DNA of 62,415 bases from a virus (taxonomy: Duplodnaviria; Caudoviricetes). The notes beneath the pieces are model-generated. The model did not search any database and had not been told where the DNA came from. It was given only the letters and a program-made list of their open reading frames with translations. The stretch is from the IMG/VR virus record IMGVR_UViG_3300042314_001286, positions 1-62,415 of that record. One strand, written 5' to 3'. A program made the position numbers and the translations under genes. The number at the start of each line of letters is the position of its first letter. Position 1 is the stretch's first letter. Shown here piece by piece: positions 8,952 through 18,996 of the stretch.

Positions 8952-10028
8952 ATGGAAGAGAACAGTATAAACTTAGACGAATTATTACCAGATAATAACG
9001 TTGAACAAAGCGAGCCAAGAGATATCACGCCGACGTCAGAACAAGTTGCTAACGAAGATGTTACGACTGAAGACGAAGGAATTGATGATACTGTTGAAAA
9101 TGAGATTCCTAACGAGGAATCTATTATAGATGAAGATATTACAGAAGGCTTAGGTGAAACTACCGAAGTTACTGAGGAATTTATCCCAGAAGAGGAGACT
9201 CCTTATGTTCCAGAAGAAAGCACAGCGCCTGAGCCGACTGAATATAAATTTAAGGATGACTTCATTAAGAAGGCTGTAGACTATTACGAGACGTACGGTA
9301 CACTACAACCATACTTAGAAGCGACGAAAGTCAATTATGACGAAGTTGACGATTTGGAAGTATTGAAAATGAATTTCGATAAAGAAAATTCAGATTTAAG
9401 TCCAAAGGTTAAACAACGTCTTTTTGAAAAACAAATCGAGAAGTACAACCTTGATGCATTTGATGAGGACGATTTAGAAGTTGGGCAAGCATTGTTGAAG
9501 CGAGATGCAAACAAGCTTAGATCTAATTTAAAGGAAGAGCAAAAGCAATTCCTAGAAAGTATCCAGCCTAATCAAACGGCGTCACAACCACAGTATTCAC
9601 AAGAAGAGCTAGAAGCCGAAATGGAGATTAGCAGAAAGATTGTGGAAAATGGAGTATCTGGTGTTATAAAAGACAACCTAATTAAAATAGAGGCAAACGG
9701 AGAAGGTATTAACTACCAGATTCCAAACGCCAACAAGGTTGTTGATTATGCATTAGACTCAACAAAGTTTTTATCGACATTTGCTGGCGCAGATGGACAG
9801 ATTAATTGGGATAAATGGACAAAAGTAGTTGCATTCGCTGAGAATCCAACTTTATTTATAAGTGAACTAATTAAGCATGGCAAATCGCTAGGCAGAAAAA
9901 CGATGGAGGCTGAGTTGAAAAACGTAGCCCCTATGGCAAAGTCTAAAGACATTATCGAAACAACAGGATCTGATAGTCCTTATGATAATCCGGTAGACTT
10001 TTTAAGAGGGATGACTGTAAGAAAATAA
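8952..10028 (+). CDS. putative capsid scaffolding protein
   Basis: Very acidic, low-complexity N-terminus; lies between portal and major capsid gene. Confidence 0.65.
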   Translation: MEENSINLDELLPDNNVEQSEPRDITPTSEQVANEDVTTEDEGIDDTVENEIPNEESIIDEDITEGLGETTEVTEEFIPEEETPYVPEESTAPEPTEYKFKDDFIKKAVDYYETYGTLQPYLEATKVNYDEVDDLEVLKMNFDKENSDLSPKVKQRLFEKQIEKYNLDAFDEDDLEVGQALLKRDANKLRSNLKEEQKQFLESIQPNQTASQPQYSQEELEAEMEISRKIVENGVSGVIKDNLIKIEANGEGINYQIPNANKVVDYALDSTKFLSTFAGADGQINWDKWTKVVAFAENPTLFISELIKHGKSLGRKTMEAELKNVAPMAKSKDIIETTGSDSPYDNPVDFLRGMTVRK

Positions 10029-10056
10029 GTTATTCACAAGTTAAATTTTATTAAAT

Positions 10057-11388
10057 ATGGCTATTGCAGCAGGTAATATCGATCGTACCTTTTTATCGAC
10101 GGTATCTTTCACAAACACGCTAGAGCAGCGTGAAATTTTAAAGGACGTTCTTGACATCTATGATGAGGAAGCGTCTATGCTTGACGTATTAGACTGGACT
10201 GGCAAATCTAAAGCTACAGCTCAGACTGAATACTTTACTGTACAAAACAACTTCTTGTATGCTACTGCTACAGTTAAGACTCCGGGTACTTCTGCGGGTT
10301 CTGCTGGTGCTTCTGTAGACATCACTTGCGTTGGCGCAACTTCTGTTAAGCCTGTAGTAGGTGAATTGATGTTGTTCGCTAACGGTGTTGTAGGTTATGT
10401 ATCAGCTGTTTCTAACGCAACTGACTTTGTTATTACTGTTAAGCCTGTTAACTCTGCTGACGCAATCCCTGCGGCTGCAACTGGAGCGAAATTATCTTTC
10501 TTCTCTAATGCATATGCTGAAGGTACTGGTTCTAACCAAATGCGTAAGTCTGATTTGATCAAGCGTTCTAACAAGCTTCAAATCTTCAAAACTAAGACTT
10601 CTGTTACAGATATCGCTTACGGTTCTAAGATTGAGGTTGAATTCAAAGGCAAGCCTTACTACTTCTTAAAGCAGCAGCATGATGCGTATTTGAAGCACCG
10701 TATGGATATCCTTTACTCTGTATTGTTTGGACGTGAGTCAGCTGGTTTGACTGATGCTTCTGGTAACGCTATCAACACAACTCGTGGTTTACGCGATACT
10801 ATCATCAACGCAGGTGGTATTACTTCTTCTACTGCTACTGGTGGTACTTTGTTATTGTCTGACTTAGCTGCATTATCTCGCTTGATGGATGCTAACCGTT
10901 GCCCTTCAGAATACCAATTGTGGGCTGGTGCTGACTTTGATAACTCTTTTGACACTCAAATCACAGGAGCTACTCAATTCATCAATGGTGCTGTTAACTA
11001 TGCTTCTTACGGTGGTAAGAAAGACGTAGCTATCGCTATGGGAGTTCAATCTCTATCTGCTTTCGGACGTACTTTCCACAAGAAGCGTCTTAACGCATTG
11101 TCTCATCCACAAATTACTTCTACTGCAACTAACGTAAACTACACTAAAGAAGCTTACTTAGTTCCTGCTGGAAAGATCAAGGTTGAGCAAGGTGGTGGAC
11201 AAGTAGATCGTATGATGTTACGTTACTTAGAAATGCCAGATGGCTTAAACAGCCGTTTCCGCGAGAAATTATTGGGTGGACTTGCTCCAACTCCAACTTC
11301 AGATACTGATACACTTGATATCGTGTACAGCTCAATCGAAGGTTTGGAGACTGTGGGTAATGAGCACTTCATTAAGTACAATATCTAA
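10057..11388 (+). CDS. major capsid protein
   Basis: 443 aa; strongly biased high-expression codon usage; AYAEGT, NKLQIFK, LFG and TTRGL motifs of HK97-fold capsids; followed by a terminator. Confidence 0.88.
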   Translation: MAIAAGNIDRTFLSTVSFTNTLEQREILKDVLDIYDEEASMLDVLDWTGKSKATAQTEYFTVQNNFLYATATVKTPGTSAGSAGASVDITCVGATSVKPVVGELMLFANGVVGYVSAVSNATDFVITVKPVNSADAIPAAATGAKLSFFSNAYAEGTGSNQMRKSDLIKRSNKLQIFKTKTSVTDIAYGSKIEVEFKGKPYYFLKQQHDAYLKHRMDILYSVLFGRESAGLTDASGNAINTTRGLRDTIINAGGITSSTATGGTLLLSDLAALSRLMDANRCPSEYQLWAGADFDNSFDTQITGATQFINGAVNYASYGGKKDVAIAMGVQSLSAFGRTFHKKRLNALSHPQITSTATNVNYTKEAYLVPAGKIKVEQGGGQVDRMMLRYLEMPDGLNSRFREKLLGGLAPTPTSDTDTLDIVYSSIEGLETVGNEHFIKYNI

Positions 11389-11404
11389 TTTTTTGTTGTT
11401 CAAG

Positions 11405-11435
11405 AAAAGGGGAGGAGAAATTCTCCCTTTTTTTT
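11405..11435 (+). terminator. intrinsic terminator after capsid gene
   Basis: AAAAGGGGAG...CTCCCTTTT stem followed by a T run. Confidence 0.8.
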
Positions 11436-11452
11436 GTTTAATATTTTTTATA

Positions 11453-11460
11453 TACATTTG
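11453..11460 (+). promoter_or_regulatory. Bacteroidota -7 promoter box TACATTTG
   Basis: TAnnTTTG immediately after the terminator, 20 nt before ATG 11481. Confidence 0.6.
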
Positions 11461-11480
11461 CGTAACCAAACAATAATAAA

Positions 11481-12296
11481 ATGAAAGCATCAGAATACAA
11501 TCAGTTGTCCGACGAAATGGTTCGGAAACTAAAGCATGATGAGCGTGCAACTTATAGAATTTTAAATGTACGCCCTGATCCAGATAACTACGGCAAGTTT
11601 TTACTTCCGGCAGCATACCAGATTCCATCGACGGACATCGTTTACGACAAAGGAAAAGGAGATTTTGTCACTATTGCAGCGATCGAGCGTCAAGATAATG
11701 AAGGGAATGCTGTTTTCTTAAATATTGTCTTTACTGCTAATAATCTTGGATATATGTTTTTGGACGGCAAGAATCCTGCACACCAAAAGATCTACCAATT
11801 CTTAGAGTTAAGTAATTTCAATCAATCTAACCCTAATAGAAACACAGATAACGAGGCTGTATTTTATCGTGTGGATAGCAAAAAAGAGGCTCAAGTTGAG
11901 CGTTCTACTCGTAAGTTAATTGTTCGCGCGGTTAATTTGGCTATTGAGTTAGATGATAAGAAAGCTCGTGAAGTAGCAATGGCTTTAGGTATTGAAGCTG
12001 AAAGCATTGATGAGACGCGTAATGCTTTAGAGGATTATGCAGAAGACAATCCAGAAGAGTTTTTGGATGTTGTGGATCGCGCAAGTTTAGCAAATGAAAC
12101 AATGTTGAAGGATGCTGTTAAGAAAGGTATCATTAAAAACAACATTGGTGCAAGCCAATTTGAGTGGGCCGAAACTGGTAAAGAAATTTTCAAATACAAA
12201 AAAGCTCCGAACAAGAATTACTTTAAGGAGTTAGCGGAATACCTCGAAGAAAACAATCTAGATGAGCTTAATGCCATCAAGAGTCGCATAGACTAG
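11481..12296 (+). CDS. conserved virion/assembly protein downstream of capsid gene
   Basis: 271-aa ORF with its own promoter box and terminator. Confidence 0.6.
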   Translation: MKASEYNQLSDEMVRKLKHDERATYRILNVRPDPDNYGKFLLPAAYQIPSTDIVYDKGKGDFVTIAAIERQDNEGNAVFLNIVFTANNLGYMFLDGKNPAHQKIYQFLELSNFNQSNPNRNTDNEAVFYRVDSKKEAQVERSTRKLIVRAVNLAIELDDKKAREVAMALGIEAESIDETRNALEDYAEDNPEEFLDVVDRASLANETMLKDAVKKGIIKNNIGASQFEWAETGKEIFKYKKAPNKNYFKELAEYLEENNLDELNAIKSRID

Positions 12297-12335
12297 ATCC
12301 GTCACAGGATTGATTGTTTGGTTGAGGTTGTAAAG

Positions 12336-12367
12336 AAGGAGAGCATATTGTTCTCCTTTCTTTTTTT
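12336..12367 (+). terminator. intrinsic terminator
   Basis: AAGGAGAGCA-TAT-TGTTCTCCTT followed by a T run. Confidence 0.75.
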
Positions 12368-12381
12368 ATGAGAAAAATAAC

Positions 12382-12389
12382 TATCTTTG
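12382..12389 (+). promoter_or_regulatory. Bacteroidota -7 promoter box TATCTTTG
   Basis: TAnnTTTG upstream of ATG 12414. Confidence 0.55.
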
Positions 12390-12413
12390 AGGCAAAACTA
12401 TTCTCGCTTTAAA

Positions 12414-15400
12414 ATGGCAGTTAACTTTAGCGTTCAATTCAGGATAAACGAAAAAACTCAATCACGAGTTTTACGCCTTACAGATACTTCAACTGGGTTT
12501 ACTTTTGGAAAAGGTAACTTCTCGGTTACATTCTCAGATGGTTCTACTCGAATCAAGACTGACTTTTCTACGCCTGATATTTCTGCTTCTGGCGGATTTG
12601 TAGATATCAATCTGGTGACAGATAGTGCAGGAGTAGTTAATACAGGCACCTACAAGGTAGACTATGTTGCGCTAGACACTTCTTTAGCAGGATATTCTTT
12701 ATCAAGAACTTTCGACTTTAACTGGGTTAAGCCAACTAAGAATATTGTTAGCGGAACTGATGTTTTAGTGCCTGAAGTTAAATTCTTAGATAACACATCT
12801 TACTCGCCGGCAGGCAGCTTTACTGGAACATTAACCCGTACTTTTAGTACATTAATGCCTAGTAATACGCCACAATCTGGCACAAACGTTATTGGTGTAG
12901 GCAACTTAATTGACCCAATATTTGCGGGAAAATACTACGAAGGGATATATACTGCCAAGTCAGATGTTTCTGTTAGCTACACACATACAAGCAACTCTTG
13001 GTTAACAGTATTTTATACAGACTTACTGCAAGAGATTATTGACGTTAGACGCGCCCCTACGCAGACGCAGTTAATTGGGTTTATGAATACTTATCACGCT
13101 ATTATTACGGCGTATGAAGATAATAATGATACTCAATTTAATTTATTAAATGAGCAATACGACTTAGTAGTTTCATTATACTCGCATCTTATTGCAAGAT
13201 ATGAATCTGGCACATTAGATGGTTCTGAGCCATTGCTCAGTCAGTTAATTGACATTTTGCGTCCATATAATACACATACTTACACGGCAGTTCCTTTGGC
13301 TCCGTTTACTTTAGATGCAATCGGTACAGCTGGCTTTTTATTATCAGATGGCACTATTACGGATAACTTTTTCCTAGGGGAAACATTAAGATTTGCATCT
13401 AATAGTACAGCATTAACTCCTGTTGTTACGAATAACTCTGTTTCGTTTAATCCTACTTTTGGGGTTACACCTAACACGTTTGCTTCTGGTAGCGATAGTC
13501 GTTTCCATGACCCTGTAACATTAGGTATTAATCAAAACGGCTTATCTCTTTCTACGCAGCAATTATCATTGGCCTTAGCTACGACAAGTACTGCTGGTTC
13601 AATGAGCCCTGTTGATAAAGCTAAATTAGATACTGTTGCTCCCGGCGCACAAATTGGTACAGTTACAAGTATTGGCATTAGTATGCCATCTGCGTTTACT
13701 GTTAGCAACTCTCCAGTAGCAACTTCTGGAACAATTGCAATTACAGCAAATGGTTTGTCTACGGAATTTATTCGAGGAGATGGCGCTACAGGGAACTTTA
13801 ATTCAGTTGCTAGAACAGCTATTAGCTTAACTACTACTGGAACGGCTGGTGCTGCTACATATAATTCTACTACGGGTGTTTTAAATATTCCTCAATATGT
13901 AGGCGGCGTCACAAGTTTTAATACTAGAACAGGTGCTATTACACTTACTTCTGGCGATGTAACTACCGCTTTAACATTTACCCCTTATAATGCGACTAAT
14001 CCTAGTAATTTTATTGCATTAACAGCTTTATCCGCAGGAACAGGTATATCTTATAACAACACTACAGGTGTTATTACAAATACAATTACTCAGTACACAG
14101 ATGCGTTAGCAAGACTTGCGATATCATTAACTACTACTGGAGTATCTGGTGCGGCCACATATAATTCCACTACAGGGGTTTTAAATATACCTATATACGA
14201 AGGTGGAGTTACAAGTTTTAACACTCGCACGGGCGCTATTGTATTAACATCAGGTGACGTTACAGGGGCGTTAGGATTTACCCCTTACAACGCAACTAAC
14301 CCTGCTGGATACACTACAAATGTAGGGACTGTTACATCTGTTGGTGGAACAGGAACCGTTAGTGGATTAACTTTAACAGGGACAGTAACTACCTCAGGAG
14401 ACTTAACGCTAGGAGGCACTTTATCTTTAACGTCAGGCAATATTACAAGCGGATTAGGGTTCACACCTGAAGACGCAAATAATAAGGGCGTAGCGGGCGG
14501 TTATGCAAGCCTAGATGGCAGCGGATTGGTTCCGTCTACACAACTTCCTTCTTATGTAGATGATGTATTAGAATATACTAACTTAGCTGGCTTTCCTGCA
14601 ACAGGTGCTACTGGAAAAATTTACGTTGCATTAGATAATAATAAAATATATCGTTGGAGTGGTTCTGCTTACATAGAAGTTTCTCCTACAGTTGGGACTA
14701 TCTGGGGTGGCATTACGGGTACGCTTGCTAATCAAACTGACTTGCAGTCGGCTTTAGATGCAAAGCAAGATGATATTACATTAACTACTACAGGAACAAG
14801 TGGAGCTGCTACATTTATTGGCAACACATTAAATATCCCTCAGTATCAAGGCGGAGTTACAAGCTTTAATACTAGAACTGGTGCAATTACGTTGTCATCT
14901 ACAGATATTACAGATGCTTTAACATTCACTCCTTACAACGCAACTAACCCTAGCGCATATATTGCTTTAACAGCCCTAAGCGCAGGAACTGGAATATCTT
15001 ACAATAATACTACTGGTGTAATAAGCTCTACGATTACTCAATATACAGACGCGTTATCAAGAGCTGCAATAAGTTTAACTACTACAGGAACATCTGGATC
15101 GGCAACTTATAATTCAAGCACAGGTGTACTAAATATTCCTTCTTATGAAGGTGGGGTTGCAAGCTTTAATACTAGGACAGGAGCGGTTACGCTTACTAGC
15201 TCTGATGTTACTACTGCGTTAACATTTACTCCTTATAATGCTACTAACCCTAGCAACTATATTGCTTTATCAGCTCTGTCTGCTTCCGCTCCATTGTCAT
15301 ATAACAATACTACAGGAGCATTTAGTATAGCACAAGCTAACGGATCAACTAACGGATTCTTATCTTCTACTGATTGGACAACCTTTAATAGCAAGCAAAA

Positions 15401-17579
15401 TGCTTTGACTTTAGGTAATGTTAGCGAGGTTTCAAGTAATGTTTTAATGTTCCCTGACGGAGGTACAGGAAAGACTATTGGAAACTTAACTATTCAAGTT
15501 GTACAAGCAGGAGCCTCTACTAATGGTTATTTAAGTTCTACAGATTGGACTACGTTTAATAATAAACAAGGTGCAATAACATTAACAACGACAGGAACAA
15601 CTGGTGCTGCAACGCTTACTGGAAACACATTGAACATTCCTGAATATCAAGGAGGTGTTTCAAGCTTTAATACCAGAACTGGCGCAATTACACTTACTAG
15701 CTCAGATGTTACAACAGCTTTAGGCTACACTCCTGTTACGAATGCTCGGACGTTAACAATTAACGGTACAACATACGACTTAACAGCAAATAGAAGCTGG
15801 ACGGTTGCAGGTTCTATGCCTTCTGGCGGAACTGCTGGACAGATTCTTTCTAAGATAGATGCTACTGATTACAATACTATCTGGATTGACAATTACGCTA
15901 GTCAATTAAAGCATGAAGTTAAATTAGGCGCTACGATTACTAAAGGCAAGGCAGTTTATGTTTCAAGTGCTGATGGTACAAATATGATTGTCTTAGCGGC
16001 ATCTAATGCTTCAGAGTCAACATCTTCTAAGACACTTGGATTATTAGAAACGGGTGGAGTTTTAAATGATCTTGTAAAGGTTGTTACTGAAGGATTACTT
16101 GCTGGATTAGATACTTCTACGGCAACTGCTGGAGACCCAGTTTGGTTAGGAACAAATGGAGACTTAATCTTTGGTTTAGCAAATAAGCCTGTAGCACCTG
16201 CGCATCTAGTATTCATTGGTATTGTAACTCGCGTACAATCTAATAACGGAGAAATATTTGTTAAGGTACAGAATGGCTTTGAGCTAAATGAGATTCACGA
16301 TGTATTAGTTGGCTCTTATGGAACTAAAGATGTATTGTATCGTGATACAACTACTAACCTTTGGAAGAATGGTTCTGTCGCATCTGTACTTGGATTCACT
16401 CCTTATGATGCAGCTAATCCTAGTAATTATATTGCTCTAACAGCTCTATCTTCTACGGCTACTGGTTTAACATACACCAACACAACAGGTGTGTTTAGCT
16501 TGACTTCTGGATATGTTATCCCGACAACAAGTTCTGCTACAAATTGGGATACTGCTTATACAAATAGAATTACAAGTTTAACTACTACGGGAAGTTCAGG
16601 TGCTGCGACATTAACAAGCAACACATTAAACATCCCAACGTATACACTTGCTGGATTAGGCGGTGTTCCAACGTCTCGCACGATTACGATTAACGGAACA
16701 GCGTATGACTTGTCAGCTGACAGAAGTTGGACTATTTCTGCGGCCACCGGGACAGTAACTTCTGTAAGCGGTACTGGAACAGTATCTGGTTTGACGCTAA
16801 GTGGAACAGTTACTTCGAGTGGATCGTTGACGTTGGGTGGCACCCTATCTCTGACTTCTGGAAATGTAACCGCAGCTTTAGGCTTTACTCCTGTAACTCT
16901 TTCTTCTGCAATTACAGGGTATTCTGTTGGTAGTAATACAGCGTTAGCTGCTACTGATTCTATATTAACAGCTTTTAATAAGATTCAGGGGCAAATAAAT
17001 GCTAGACTGACATCTTATAGTGAAACTAGTACGTTTGCTAACGTTACAGCCAGAGGAGCGACAAGTAATGGCAGTATTACTGTTAATGGCTATCTTACAG
17101 TAAGAGGTGCAGGTTCATCTAGCTCAATATATATGTCAGATGACGATGAGGGGCAACGCGAAATGCATTGTAATTCACATCGTATTGGATTCCTAACACA
17201 AGGTGGTGGATGGGGTTCATACTGTAATGATGATGGTAGCTGGGTTTCTGTAAGTGATATTACGGCTTACTCAGATGCACGAACCAAAGAAAACGTAATT
17301 ACCGTTAATAATGCTTTAGATAAAGTGTTGCAACTTCGCGGAGTTTACTATAATCGTATCGGAGAAGCCAAAACTTCTCTAGGGGTTATTGCTCAGGAAA
17401 TACAAGAAGTTGTCCCAGAAATAGTTAAAGAACAGAACGACGGAATACTTAGTGTCGCCTACGGCAATATGGCAGGTTTGTTTATAGAAGCATTTAAAGA
17501 ACAACAAGCTCAGATTGCATCTCAAGGTGCACAAATTACAGAATTGCTAGAAATAGTAAAAACGTTAAAAGGAGTATAA
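12414..17579 (+). CDS. long tail fibre 1 with repeated shaft modules and C-terminal intramolecular chaperone (peptidase S74-like)
   Basis: Repeats of LTTTGTSGAAT...LNIPxYxGGVTSFNTRTGAITLT; C-terminal SDARTKENV...LGVIAQE...AYG; likely start MAVNF. Confidence 0.88.
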   Translation: MAVNFSVQFRINEKTQSRVLRLTDTSTGFTFGKGNFSVTFSDGSTRIKTDFSTPDISASGGFVDINLVTDSAGVVNTGTYKVDYVALDTSLAGYSLSRTFDFNWVKPTKNIVSGTDVLVPEVKFLDNTSYSPAGSFTGTLTRTFSTLMPSNTPQSGTNVIGVGNLIDPIFAGKYYEGIYTAKSDVSVSYTHTSNSWLTVFYTDLLQEIIDVRRAPTQTQLIGFMNTYHAIITAYEDNNDTQFNLLNEQYDLVVSLYSHLIARYESGTLDGSEPLLSQLIDILRPYNTHTYTAVPLAPFTLDAIGTAGFLLSDGTITDNFFLGETLRFASNSTALTPVVTNNSVSFNPTFGVTPNTFASGSDSRFHDPVTLGINQNGLSLSTQQLSLALATTSTAGSMSPVDKAKLDTVAPGAQIGTVTSIGISMPSAFTVSNSPVATSGTIAITANGLSTEFIRGDGATGNFNSVARTAISLTTTGTAGAATYNSTTGVLNIPQYVGGVTSFNTRTGAITLTSGDVTTALTFTPYNATNPSNFIALTALSAGTGISYNNTTGVITNTITQYTDALARLAISLTTTGVSGAATYNSTTGVLNIPIYEGGVTSFNTRTGAIVLTSGDVTGALGFTPYNATNPAGYTTNVGTVTSVGGTGTVSGLTLTGTVTTSGDLTLGGTLSLTSGNITSGLGFTPEDANNKGVAGGYASLDGSGLVPSTQLPSYVDDVLEYTNLAGFPATGATGKIYVALDNNKIYRWSGSAYIEVSPTVGTIWGGITGTLANQTDLQSALDAKQDDITLTTTGTSGAATFIGNTLNIPQYQGGVTSFNTRTGAITLSSTDITDALTFTPYNATNPSAYIALTALSAGTGISYNNTTGVISSTITQYTDALSRAAISLTTTGTSGSATYNSSTGVLNIPSYEGGVASFNTRTGAVTLTSSDVTTALTFTPYNATNPSNYIALSALSASAPLSYNNTTGAFSIAQANGSTNGFLSSTDWTTFNSKQNALTLGNVSEVSSNVLMFPDGGTGKTIGNLTIQVVQAGASTNGYLSSTDWTTFNNKQGAITLTTTGTTGAATLTGNTLNIPEYQGGVSSFNTRTGAITLTSSDVTTALGYTPVTNARTLTINGTTYDLTANRSWTVAGSMPSGGTAGQILSKIDATDYNTIWIDNYASQLKHEVKLGATITKGKAVYVSSADGTNMIVLAASNASESTSSKTLGLLETGGVLNDLVKVVTEGLLAGLDTSTATAGDPVWLGTNGDLIFGLANKPVAPAHLVFIGIVTRVQSNNGEIFVKVQNGFELNEIHDVLVGSYGTKDVLYRDTTTNLWKNGSVASVLGFTPYDAANPSNYIALTALSSTATGLTYTNTTGVFSLTSGYVIPTTSSATNWDTAYTNRITSLTTTGSSGAATLTSNTLNIPTYTLAGLGGVPTSRTITINGTAYDLSADRSWTISAATGTVTSVSGTGTVSGLTLSGTVTSSGSLTLGGTLSLTSGNVTAALGFTPVTLSSAITGYSVGSNTALAATDSILTAFNKIQGQINARLTSYSETSTFANVTARGATSNGSITVNGYLTVRGAGSSSSIYMSDDDEGQREMHCNSHRIGFLTQGGGWGSYCNDDGSWVSVSDITAYSDARTKENVITVNNALDKVLQLRGVYYNRIGEAKTSLGVIAQEIQEVVPEIVKEQNDGILSVAYGNMAGLFIEAFKEQQAQIASQGAQITELLEIVKTLKGV

Positions 17580-17580
17580 G

Positions 17581-18555
17581 ATGCCATTACAGACTTCAGG
17601 TGCTATAACTATTAACCAAATTCGAATCGAACTAAGCTCGGGTTCTTATTCCCTTCGTACATTAAGTGCGGCAGCAGGAAAAGGTACGCCCGATTCCATG
17701 AGTGAATTCTACGGATTTGCCAACACAATGACAATCTCTTTACTTGTACAAGCTGCTGGAGGAGGCGGTGGTGGCGGTTGGCCCGGAGGAGGAGGAGGAG
17801 GAGGCGCTGGCGCCCATTATCACGCTTCTTCTTACACAATAAACAGAGGAACATCTTACGGTATTTCTGTAGGAGGAGGTGGGGCTACTATTGGTTCGGC
17901 TTGGGTTGATGATGATTACAGAGGTGCAAATGGGGGTAATTCAACTTTTGGTGGAATTACAATGTATGGTGGCGGAGGAGGTGGCTCAGGAGAAGGTAGT
18001 TTTGCTGCTTCAAATTTTGGGTATGCTTCATCTGGAGGATGTGGTGGAGGTGGAGGAATTAATCAAAACCAAGGAAATAATGGTGGTGCAGCAGTACCTA
18101 ATGGAGGAAATGGAAGAAACGGAGGACACGCAACTACCCAACAAGGAGGCGGTGGAGGTGGAGGAACCGGACTAGAGGGAGCTCCTTCAGACTTCGAAAA
18201 AGGAGGTTGGGGTGGAAATGGTAGACAAATTGGTGAATTTGGAAACGAGTATTATGGAGGCGGTGGAGCTGGAGGAACTTGGACGTGGGCCTATTCTAAT
18301 ACAGGAGGAGTTGGCGGCGGTGGTGCTGGTGGAGGAGGAGAAACTATTGCCTCTCAACCGGGTGTCGCAGGATACGGCGGTGGCGGTGGCGGTATTGGAC
18401 ACGTTGGAGGATGTTGCCGTAACGGTAATGGAGGCTCTGGTTCGGTACGGATTAGATATGCTGGAGGGCAAGTGCTTTCAGGAGGTAATAGTGTTTACGG
18501 TAGCGGAGGGTATACATATCACATTTTTACAAGTTCAGGAACTTTATATACATAA
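17581..18555 (+). CDS. glycine-rich fibre-tip adhesin (gp38-like)
   Basis: Follows an S74-bearing fibre; polyglycine tracts separated by variable loops; MPLQTSGAITINQIRIEL...MSEFYG N-terminus. Confidence 0.7.
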   Translation: MPLQTSGAITINQIRIELSSGSYSLRTLSAAAGKGTPDSMSEFYGFANTMTISLLVQAAGGGGGGGWPGGGGGGGAGAHYHASSYTINRGTSYGISVGGGGATIGSAWVDDDYRGANGGNSTFGGITMYGGGGGGSGEGSFAASNFGYASSGGCGGGGGINQNQGNNGGAAVPNGGNGRNGGHATTQQGGGGGGGTGLEGAPSDFEKGGWGGNGRQIGEFGNEYYGGGGAGGTWTWAYSNTGGVGGGGAGGGGETIASQPGVAGYGGGGGGIGHVGGCCRNGNGGSGSVRIRYAGGQVLSGGNSVYGSGGYTYHIFTSSGTLYT

Positions 18556-18556
18556 T

Positions 18557-18976
18557 ATGGCTCATTTTGCAAAAATTGACGAGAATAATATTGTAATAGA
18601 TATAGTCAGAGTCCCTGATGATCAGGAGAATCGTGGGTCAGAATATATGCACGAAATAGGATTCCCGGGTAGATATATTCAGACTTCCTATAATACTTAT
18701 GGTAATACACACCTGTATGGAGATATCCCGCTCAGGGGAAATTATGCAGCCATAGGTGGTATATACGATCCTGAATTAGATGTTTTTTACAGCAAGCGTC
18801 CTAATGAGGATATGATATTAAATCTAAGTACATATCAATGGGAGTACCCAATACCTGTACCTGATAACTTATCTTATACACAAATTCCAAAATGGAATAA
18901 ACAAACCAAAAGCTGGGATATTTTGGACATGAAGGATCTACTTACAGAGTTACCAACACCCCAAGGAATACAATAG
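18557..18976 (+). CDS. conserved phage protein (MAHFA...QTSYN...RGNYAAIGGIYD) typical beside glycine-rich tail proteins
   Basis: ATG 1 nt after the upstream stop; recognisable motif set. Confidence 0.7.
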   Translation: MAHFAKIDENNIVIDIVRVPDDQENRGSEYMHEIGFPGRYIQTSYNTYGNTHLYGDIPLRGNYAAIGGIYDPELDVFYSKRPNEDMILNLSTYQWEYPIPVPDNLSYTQIPKWNKQTKSWDILDMKDLLTELPTPQGIQ

Positions 18977-18996
18977 TTATATAAAACCAACATTCT

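Noticed and set aside
18212-18556. N-terminal extension of ORF 18212..18976 (and ORF 17879..18175) as overlapping genes
   Set aside because: Alternate-frame read of GGN-rich glycine codons, which lack stops; ATG 18557 directly after the upstream stop is the natural start.
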